The notes beneath the pieces are model-generated. The model was not told the origin of the DNA, did not search any database, and saw only the letters and a program-made list of their open reading frames with translations. Below, in pieces: positions 52,978-64,000 of a stretch of DNA of 64,000 nt. Origin of the DNA: the human T2T-CHM13v2.0 reference genome, Homo sapiens. How positions within the stretch are numbered: position 1 is the stretch's first letter; each line of letters begins with the position of its first letter. Location of the stretch: NCBI RefSeq assembly GCF_009914755.1, contig NC_060930.1. One strand, 5' to 3'. The translations under genes and the position numbers were made by a program.

Positions 52978-53850
52978 TCACGTGAACTGTATTACCTCTT
53001 CCAGGACAATTAGCAATGACTTTTAAGTAACATGAAAGAAGGTCGTGTGTCTGATGATTCTCTATTCCATATGTGATACCTGGTACACTCTTATGCACAT
53101 GCACTTAAGAAATGATTTTTGATAAAAATAAGTACTTGATTTCGGTGAACCATGGAAATGCTCAAGTTCCAGGTACTATGGGATGGGAAATTTTGATGGT
53201 AGAAGAAGGAAGAATAATAATGGAAAACAAAGGCACAAATGAGATATGGTCAAAGATTAGTAGGTAAATAATAAATATATGGATGATATGGATGGGGCGA
53301 GTGTGAGTGTTACCAAAGACAAAATCGGGGCATAGGAAGAGAATGTAGGAAATATTTCCAAGACTAAATTCACAGTTATGCCTTAGACTAATCCCAACAG
53401 AAAGATATATAAAATCTCGCAAACTGAAGCTTTTCTTAGCAATCAACTCCAAATTGAGTGTTTCAAACACACACCTCTCCTCTCTAACCTGATCCCACTG
53501 TGGTAATCAATTTGGATTATTTTCAAAAGTATCCCTTCTAAGGTTCCTGATGAAATATGCTGAGCACATTTTGTCCCCTTGAAGTAAATGTGCTTTCCAT
53601 GGTTCATTAAATCACCATGTCTCCAGTATAATTCAATTCTAGCCTCATATACACCTTAGAACTATGCCACATATTACCAAACAACACCCCTCCTCTTTAC
53701 TATCACAGAATTTGATCACTGTATTTTTTTAAAATAAAAGGTAGTTTTATAAATGAGCTTGCTCCATTCAGTTCTGGCTCTTCTAATAACCAGCTTCAAG
53801 GGCTTCAATTTATTTAACAATGCTGTCATTTAAAGTATGAATTTTTAATC

Positions 53851-53896
53851 TGCGCACGTGCGCATGCACACACACACACACAAACACACACGCACA
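53851..53896. repeat. Alternating purine-pyrimidine (GC/CA)n tract
   Basis: TGCGCACGTGCGCATGCACACAC... Confidence 0.85.
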
Positions 53897-54439
53897 AGAA
53901 AAACAGAATTTAAAATACTTCCACTTGCCACTGATGACTCTGAAGAGTTAATATACTCAGAGTGGCTATTATTAATATTTTGGGCCAGTCAAAATGTGTT
54001 TGCCTTGAAGGAGTTTAACCACAGAAGTAGCTGATTAAATAGGACTTCTTAGCTTTCTGCTCAGATAATTCCATGCTTTGGCTTCAAAAAGTGACAGCTT
54101 AGAAGCTTAGACACCTAATAATCCCCAGGTGCTCTGAAATCACAAGATGCCACAACACTGAAAAGCTGAGGGTTCAAGTGGAAAGTGTGGAAATAATATG
54201 TTTACAAGTGAAAATGTGTATAGTGTCCATAAGCAGTTTGCATCCCTGCAGACATTAGAAATTATTATTATTTATTTCCAGATAGAGCTCATGATTACAT
54301 TTCTTACATTATTCCACATATTTCTTATACCACTATTGACAGATCTTTCATATTACACCCTGTAGTTGAAGTCACATTCCTTGCCTTAGCAACTAGGCTA
54401 TATCAGAAAAAGGGGACATTTTATTTCAAAGGCCACACA

Positions 54440-55340
<901 letters not shown>

Positions 55341-55647
55341 GATGAAATGAAAGAGGCTGGTTATTTTACACCCTAAATCTTATAAAGATCAAAACTATAA
55401 GTTTCGAGTGTTGCTAATTCTCCTTCTTTGACGTATGAATGACTGTGGCTGTGAAAGTGTACAACATCATTGCTCTATTCTACTCAATGTGAAGAAAGGA
55501 AGCCCAGCCTACAGTTCTTACTTGTTTTATGTTGGGGTGATAGGGATGGGAGAAGTTTTCTTCAGGTCCATTTCACAGGAGTTTTGTGCATGATTTCAAA
55601 ACAAGAATAACTGTCACAAAATTTTTGTTGGTAGCACTTTCTGAGTC

Positions 55648-55728
55648 AGAGTGGTAATGCAGAAATAACATAAGGCTTGGAATCCGATTTAGAATCCACT
55701 CTCAACCACTTATTGGTTATATAATTTT
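55648..55728 (+). mobile_element. MIR 5' part (continues at 63090-63230 beyond the L1MA)
   Basis: GGCTTGGAATC...AGAATCCACTCTCAACCACTTATTGGTTATATAAT. Confidence 0.55.
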
Positions 55729-57222
55729 TTTGTAGTTTTTGATTTTTGTGGGTATATGGTAGGTGTATATATTTATTGGATATATAAGATATTTTGGTAC
55801 AGGCATGCAATGCGTAATAATCACATCATGGAAAATTGGGTATCCATCCACTCAAGCATTTATCCTGTGTTTTGCGTTCCAATTATACTCTTTTAGTTAT
55901 TTTAGAATGTACAATTAAATTATTGTTGGCTATAGTCCCTCTGTTGTGCTATCAAGTATTAGGTTTTATTTATTCTTTCTATCCTCCCCCAAACCCCTAA
56001 ACCCCGTCCTACCCTTCCCAGCCTCTGGTAGCCATCCTTCTGTTCTCTATCTCCATGAGTTCAATTGTTTCGATTTTTAGATCCCACAAATAGGTGAGTA
56101 CATGCAATGTTTGTTTTTCTGTGCCTGGCTATTTTAACTTAACATGATGATGTCCAATTCCATCTATGTTGTTGCAAATGATAGAATCTCATTCTTTTTA
56201 TGGCTGAATAGTAAGTACTCCATTGTGTTTAAGTACCACATTTTCTTTATCCATTTATCTGTTGATGGATGCTTAGGTTACTTCCACTTCTTGGCTATTG
56301 TGAAGAGTGCTGCAACGAATATGGGAATGCAGATATCTCTTTGATACACTGATTTAATTTCTTTAGGGTATATATCTAGTAGTGGGATGGTTGGATCATA
56401 TGGTAGCTCTATTTTTAAATTTTTTTAGGAACCCCCAAACTGTTCTCCATAGTGTTTGTACTAATTACATTCCCACCAACAATACACAGGGGTTCCCTTT
56501 TCTCTGCATCCTGGCCAGCATTTGTTATTACCTGACTTTTGGATAAAAGCCATTTTAACTGGGTGAGATGATAGCTCTTTGTAGTTTTGATTTGCATTTC
56601 TCTTATGATCAATGACGTTGAACACCTTTTCATATGCCTGTTTGCCATTTGTATGCCTTCTTTTAAGAAATGACTATTCAAATCTTTTGCCCAGGATTTT
56701 AAATTAGATTACTAGATATTTTCCTATAGAGTTTTTGAGTTCCTTATATATTCTGGTTATTCATCCCTTGTCAGATGGGTAGTTTGCAAATATTTTCTCC
56801 CATTCTGTGGGTTGTCTCTTCTCTTTATTGATTCCTTTGTTGTGCAGAAGCTTTTTAACTTGATGTGATCCAATTTGTTCATTTATGCTTTGGTTGTCTG
56901 TGCTTGTGGGTATTACTGAAGAAATTTTTGCCCAGATCAACGTCCTGGAGAGTTTCCCCAATGATTTCTTGTGGTAGTTTTATAGTTTGAGGTCTTAGAT
57001 TAAGTTTTTAATACATTCTGATTTGATTTTTTATAAGGCAAGAGATAGGGGTCTAGCTTCATTCTTCTGCATATGGATATCCAGTTTTCTCTGGACCATT
57101 TATTGAAGAGACTGTCTTTTCCCAAATGTATATTCTTCGCACCTTTGTCAAAAATGAGCTTACTGTAGGTGTGTGGATTCATTTTCAGGTTCTCTATTCT
57201 GTTCCATTGGTCTGTGAGTCTG

Positions 57223-57531
57223 TTTTTTTTTTTTTTTTTTTTTTTTTTTTTGAGACGGAGTCTCGCTGTCGCCCAGGCTGGAGTGCAGTGGCGCGATCTC
57301 GGCTCACTGCAGGCTCCGCCCCCTGGGGTTCACGCCATTCTCCTGCCTCAGCCTCCCGAGTAGCTGGGACTACAGGCGCCCGCCACCTCGCCCGGCTAAT
57401 TTTTTGTATTTTTAGTAGAGACGGGGTTTCACCGTGTTAGCCAGGATGGTCTCGATCTCCTGACCTCGTGATCCACCCGCCTCGGCCTCCCAAAGTGCTG
57501 GGATTACAGGCGTGAGCCACCGCGCCCGGCC
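57223..57531 (-). mobile_element. AluYe-lineage element nested in L1MA
   Basis: Ye-type features (CTCGCTGTCGCCC 2-bp deletion, GCAGGCTCCGCCCCCTGGGG, CCACCTCGCCC), CpG-rich, pure T-tail, TSD TGTGAGTCTGTTTTT. Confidence 0.88.
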
Positions 57532-57831
57532 TGTGAGTCTGTTTTTATGCCAGTACCATACTGGTTGGTTGTTTTTCCAGAGCTCTGTAGTATAATTTGA
57601 GGTCAGGCAATGTGATTCTTCCACTTTTTTTTTTCTTTTTGCTCAGGATAATATTGGCTATTCTGGATCTTTTGTGATTCCATATAAATTTTAGGATTGT
57701 TTTTTCTATTTCTGGGAAGAACGTCATTGGTATTTGGATAGGAATTGCACTGAATCTATAGATTGCTTTGGGTAGTATGGACATTTTAATAATAATGATT
57801 CTTCCAATTCATGAACATGGAATATCTTTCC

Positions 57832-57833
<2 letters not shown>

Positions 57834-57873
<40 letters not shown>
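57834..57873. repeat. (TG)n microsatellite
   Basis: About 20 TG units inside the L1. Confidence 0.95.
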
Positions 57874-57875
<2 letters not shown>

Positions 57876-60308
57876 CTGTTCAATTTCTTTCATCAGCATT
57901 TCATAGCTTTCATTGTACAGATCTCTCACCTCCTTGGTTAAGTGAATTCCTAGGTATTTGATTTTATTGTGGCTATGGTAAATGAGAGTATTTTTTATTT
58001 CTTTTTCAGGTTGTTCACTGTTAGTATATAGAAATACTACTGATTTTTGCATATTGATTTTGTATCCTGCAACTTTACTGAATTTCTTTATCAATTTTAA
58101 TAGTTTTTGGTGGCATCTTTAGGTTTTTCCAAATATAAGATTATATCATCTGCAAATACAGATAATTTGACTTCTTCATTTCCAATTTGGATGGCCTTTA
58201 TATCTTTCTCTTGTCTGATTGCTCTAGCTAGGACTTCCACTACTATGTTGAATAACAGTCTTGACAGTGGGCATCCTTGTCATGCTCCAGATATAAGATA
58301 AAAGGTTTTCAGTTTTTCCCCATTCAGTATGATACTAGCTGTGGGTTTGTCATATAAGGCTTTTATTACGTTGAGGTATGCTCATTCTATACCCAGCTTT
58401 TTGAGAATGTTTATCATGAAGGGATGCTCAACTTTATCAAACGTTTTTTCAGCATTAATCAAAATGATTATATGGTTTTTGCCCTACATTCTGTTGATAT
58501 AATGTATCACATTCATTGATGCATGTTGAACCATCCTTGCATCCCTGGGATAAATCTGATTTGGCCATGATGAATGATCTTTTTAATGTGTTGTTGAATT
58601 TGGTTTGCCAATATTTTGTTGAGGATTTTTGCAACAATATGTAAATCAGAGATATTGGCCTATAGTTTTCTTTTTATTGATATGTCTTTGTCTGGTTTTT
58701 GTATCAAGGCAATACTGGCTTTGTTGAATGAGTTTGGAAGTATTTTCTCCTCCTCTGTTTTTCAGAACAGTTTGAGTAGGACGAGTATTAGTTCTTCTTT
58801 AAATGGCAGTGAAGCCATTGGGTCCTGCGTTTTTCTGTGCTGGGAGACTTATTATTACAGCTTCAATTTCATTACTTGTTATTGGTCTGTTCAGGTTTTG
58901 GATTTCTTCATGGTTCAATCTTGGTAGGTTAAGTGTGTCTAAGAATGTATCCATTTCTTTAGATTTTCTAAATTGTAGGCATATAGTTGTTTATAGTAGC
59001 CACTAATAATCCTTTAAATTTCTGTGATATGAGTTGTAATATCTCCTTTTTCATCTCTGATTTTATTTATTTGGGAATTCTCTCTAATTTTCCTACTCTG
59101 GCTAAAGCTTGTCTACTTTGTCTAACTTTTCAAAACATCACCTTTCTGTTTCATTCATCTTTTGTATTGTTTTCTTTATTTAAATTCATTTATTTCTGCT
59201 CTGATTTGTATTATTTCTTTTCCTCTACTAATTTTTCATTAGGTTTGCTATTGCTTTTCTAGTTCTTTAAGATGTATCATTAGGTTATTTATTTGACGTT
59301 TTTCTTTGTTTTTGATGTAAGGACTTATAGCTATAAATTTCCCTTTTAGTATTGCCTTCACTGTATCCCATAGGCTTTGGTATGTTGTGTTTCCATTATC
59401 ATCTGTTTCAGGAAAATTTTCAATTTTCTTTTTAATTTTTTCATTGACTCATTAGTCATTCAGGAGCATGCTGTTTAATTTCCATGTGTTTCTGTATTTT
59501 CTAAAATTACCGTTGTTATTGATTTCTAGTTTTATTCCACTGTGGCCAGAGAAGATGCTTAATATTATTTCAAATTTTGAATGTTTTAATACTTGTTTTG
59601 TGACATAACATATGGTCTATCCTTGAGAATGATCCATGTGCTGATAAGAATGTATATTATACAGCTGTTGGATGAAATGTTCTCTAAATATCTATTAAGT
59701 TTTTTGTTCCATAGTGCAGACTAAGTATGATGCTTCTTTGTCTATTTTCTTTAAGGGAGATCTGTCCATTGCTAAAAGTGGAATGTTGAAGTCTCCAGCT
59801 ATTGTATCGCATTGAGGTCTATCTCTCTCTTTAGCTCTAATAATTTATTTTATATATCTGCGTGCTCCAAGTGTTCGGTGCATACCTATTTACAATCATT
59901 AGATCCTTTTTTGAATTGACCCCTTTATCACTATATACCAATCTTCTTTGTCTCTTCTTAAAGATGTATTTTTGAAAACCATTTTGTCTGAAATAAGTAT
60001 AGCTACTCCTGCTCTCTTTTTGTTTCCATTGGCATGGAATATTTCTTGCTATCTCTCTGTTATCAGTCTATGTGTATCTTTATAGGTGAAGTGTGCTTCT
60101 TGTAGGCCACAGATCATGGGGTCGTGTTTTTTCATCCATTCAGCCACTCTATGTCTTTTAATTTGAGAGTTTAGTCCATTTATATTAAATGTTATTATTG
60201 ATAAGTTGGGACTTACTCCTGCCATTTTGTTATTTGTTTTCTGGATTTTTCACAGTCTTCTCTTCAAAAAGAAACTAATAAAAGCTCTATACTAACCTTG
60301 TCCTCCTG

Positions 60309-60591
60309 CTTGAGTTTCTTGGCAAGCCTCACCACTGTGGGATGAAGTGATCTGGGGTCATAGGTAAACGTGAAAGGCAGTCTTGGACACAAGGACTGCA
60401 ATTCCTAGGCAATTCCTAGTGCTAGGCTGGGTTCAGAGCCAGTGAACTAGGGTGGCATGTGACCTAGTGAGACACAAGCTGGTGCAGCTAAGGGAGTGCT
60501 TGTACCATCCTTCCCCCAACCTGAGGCAACACAGCTGGCAGCAACAAACTTGTCTCCTTCTTTCTGCTCAAGAATAGGAGACCTAAGAGTC
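60309..60591 (+). repeat. Inverted 283-bp copy of 62367-62649 (L1MA 5'UTR piece)
   Basis: Reverse-complement alignment without gaps, about 12 mismatches. Confidence 0.95.
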
Positions 60592-63089
60592 TTCTTTGGG
60601 TTAAATCTACTTGATGTTCTCTAACTTTCTTGTACTTGGATATTGATATCTTTTTCTTGGTTTGGGAAGTTCTTTGATATTAGCCTTTTGAATAAACTTT
60701 CTACCCCTATCACTTTCTCTAACTCTTCTTTAAGACCAGTAACTCTTGGATTTGCCCTTTTGAGACTATTTTCTAGATCCTGTAGGCATATTTCATTGTT
60801 TTTTATTCTTTTTTCTTTTGTCTCCTCTGACCATGTATTTTCAAATTGCCAGTCTTCAAGTTCACTAATTCTTTCTTCTGCTTGGTGAATTCTGCTATCA
60901 AGAGACTATCAACGCATTCTTCAGCATGTTGGTTGCATTCTTTAACACTAGAATTTTCACTTCTTCTTTTTTTTTTTTTAAATCTCTTTGTTAAGTTTAT
61001 CTGATAGAATTCTGAATTCCTTCTTTGTGTTATCGTGAATTTCTTCAAATCAGCTATTTTTAATTTTTGGTCTGAGAGGTCATATATCTCTATCTCACCA
61101 GGATTGGTCCCTGGTGCCCTATTTAGTTCATTTGGTGAGATCGTGTTTTTCTGGATGGTGTTGATGATTGTAGATATCGGTTGGTGTCTGAGTATTGAAG
61201 ACTTAGGTATTTATTATAGACTTTGCAGTCTGGGTTTGTTTGTGCCCATCCTTCTTGGGAAGGCTTTCTAGGTATTCAAAGGAACTTGGGCCCCAACCCC
61301 TATAATGCCATGGCTTTGGCACACTCATAGAGATACTGCCTTGGTGGTCTTGGATAATACTGGAAGAATTATCTGGGTTATCAGGCAGAGACTCTTGTTC
61401 TTTTCCCTTACTTTCACCCAAACAAATGGAGTCTCTCTCTCTCTGTTCTGAGCCACCTGGAACTGGAATATGGTGATGCAAGCACCCCTGTGACCACCAC
61501 CACTGTGACTGCAATGGGTGAGACCTGAAGCCAGCACAGCACTGGGCCTTGCCCAAGGCCCTTCCCTTTAGGGCAGTGAGTTTCTTCAGGCCCTGGGTAA
61601 GTCCAGAGATGCTATCTGAGAGCCAAGGATTAGAGTGAAATACCTTTGCAATTTACCTGATATTCTATTCTACTGCAGCTAAGCTCAAACCACAATATAA
61701 AGTTCTTCTCACTCTTCCCTCCCCTTTCCATAGGCAGAAGATCCTCTCCCTGTGGTCAACACCACCACTGGTCCATTGGGTGTTCTGCCAGGCCACTTCT
61801 GATGTTCACTTAAAGCCCAAGGGCTCATCCATCAGCTTATGGTGAATGCTGACAAGCTTGGGACTCACTCTTCAGGGCAGTGGACTCCTCTCTGGCCCAG
61901 GGCAGGTCCAAAAATGCCGTGCAAGAGCCTAGGCCTGGACTTGGGGACCCCAAGAGCCTACTTTTGCTCTACTCAACTGTGGTTGAGCTGGTACCTAGGG
62001 TGCAAGACAAAGTCCCATTTACTTTTCCCTCTGCTTGTCTCAAACAGAAGGAATCTTTCACTGTAGCCACCACAGCTGGGAATGTGCTGGGTCACCCCAA
62101 AGCCAGCATGTCTCAGAGCCCAAGGCCCATGGTGTACTACCTGGGTATTGCTGCTGTTTAATCAGAGCCCAAGGGCTTTTTAGTCAGCAGGTGATGAATC
62201 CTGCCAGGACTGGGCCCTTCCCTTCAAGACAGCAGGTTCCCTTTTGGCCCAAGGTGTGTCTAGAAATGTCATCCGGGAGCTAGGGTCTGGACTGGGGGCC
62301 TAATGACTTTGCCCAGTGCCCTATCCTACTGTGGCTGGTATCTAAGGTTCAAGACAACATCCTCTTGACTCTTAGGTCTCCTCTTCTTGAGCAGAAAGAA
62401 GGGGACACTTTTGTTGCTGCCAGCTGTGTTGCCTCAGGTTCGGGGAGGGATGGTGCAAGCATTCCCTTAGCTGCACCAGCTTGTGTCTTGCTAGGTCACA
62501 TGCCACCCTAGTTCACTGGCTCTGAACCCAGCCTAGCACTAGGAATTGCCTAGGAATTGCAGTCCTTGTGTCCAAGACTGCCTTCCACGTTTACCTATGA
62601 CCCCAGAGCACTTCATCCCACAGTGGTGAGGCTTGCCAAGAAACTCAAGTTCCGACCACTAGGCTGAAGAAGTCACCTCTGGCTAGGGCTGGTTCGAATG
62701 CTCCCTCTGTGTGCAGGCGCTGGAGGACACCAGCATGGCTTTATTCTTTGCCATGACGGGACGGCACTGAGTTCAATGTAAAGTCCCCCAGGCATTGCAA
62801 GCTTTCTCCCCAAAGTGCACAGATCTCTCTCCATGCTGCATGGCTGCTGGCAGGGAATGGGGGAGTAGTGCCACTGGCAATTCAAGACTATCTCTCCTGC
62901 CCTCTTTAATGCCTTTCTCCATGATATGAAGTTAAATCCAGGTGCTGTGATTACTCGCCTGATTTTTGGTTCTAGTGATGGTGCTTTTCTCTATGCTGTT
63001 AGTGGCTACAATTTGGTCTTCCAGCGGTGGCAGTGAGGGTGGGGGTGGGCAATGAATGGTATAAGCTTCCATCTTGCTCTGCCTTTAGA

Positions 63090-63230
63090 GTTAAATAATT
63101 TTGGGGAAGTCCCTTAACGTATCTGAACCTCAGGTTTCATATCTTTCGAGTAAAGGAAATAGTACCAGTATGTAAGCTCAATGAGACAGTGCATGTGACA
63201 GCACTTTATAAATTTTAAAGCACTATAGAA
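63090..63230 (+). mobile_element. MIR 3' part
   Basis: GGGGAAGTCCCTTAACGTATCTGAACCTCAGGTTTCATATCT...ATGAGACAGTGCATGTGACAGCACTTT. Confidence 0.7.
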
Positions 63231-63362
63231 CTGTTGGGCATTTTGATTAATGAGTATCTAGGCTGACTTCTATATTTCATAAGGTGGAGATAAAAATATA
63301 TTAAGGTGCACTGTCACTGTCATACACAAAAGTGGGCCTCTAGGGCTGAGCTCCCACCGCTA

Positions 63363-63796
<434 letters not shown>

Positions 63797-63839
63797 TTAA
63801 AAAAAAAGTTGGAAGGGAAATGTAAAGGATCATGTAGTC

Positions 63840-64000
63840 CATAGGTTGACAAGCTTTTTCTATAAAAGTCCAGAAAGTAAATATTTTAGGCTTTACTGGT
63901 CATACAGTCTCTGTTGCAGCTACTCAACACTGCTGTTATAGCACAAAAGCAGCACCAACAGACCATATATTAAAAAAATGAACATGCTTGTGTTTCAATA
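63840..64000 (+). mobile_element. MER58A hAT-Charlie MITE (truncated by the window end)
   Basis: TTTTTCTATAAAAGTCCAGAAAGTAAATATTTTAGGCTTT...GTCTCTGTTGCAGCTACTCAAC. Confidence 0.85.

Larger units (their letters stand above)
55729..63089 (-). mobile_element. Near-full-length L1MA (L1MA1-3-like) with internal deletions
   Basis: L1MA 3'UTR (TTTTGTGGGTATATGGTAGGTG...CATGCAATGCGTAATAATCACATCATGG); ORF2 peptides ([33 protein letters not shown]); 5' end reads GGCAGAGCAAGATGG on the minus strand; TSD GTTA(T/A)ATAATTTT at 55716-55728 and 63090-63102. Confidence 0.93.

Overview
Human (primate) non-coding genomic DNA, AT-rich and dominated by interspersed repeats. A near-consensus AluYa5 points to human. 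I can support no intact protein-coding gene, RNA gene or CRISPR-like system: the supplied ORFs are L1, Alu, MaLR/ERV or microsatellite read-throughs. The main content is three large minus-strand L1 fragments (L1PA8-10-like, L1PA13-16-like and a near-full-length L1MA), 12 Alus (including young AluYa5, AluYe and AluY copies), MIR/L2 relics, MER21, MLT1 and MER58A. The most interesting structures are: (i) a decayed class III provirus (LTR40/HERVL40-like) with ERV-L-type pol, a tRNA-Ser-like PBS and a gamma-type env TM remnant, carrying two nested THE1 insertions; (ii) several templated-insertion or fold-back repair scars, notably a 283-bp inverted copy inside the L1MA and a ~310-bp direct copy plus palindromic filler inside the L1PA; (iii) a ~4.6-kb island without recognisable repeats that carries Sox-Oct-, Maf- and YY1-like motifs. 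I see no evidence for a genuinely new biological system. Subfamily calls come from recalled consensus sequences, not from a database search, and identities were counted by eye.
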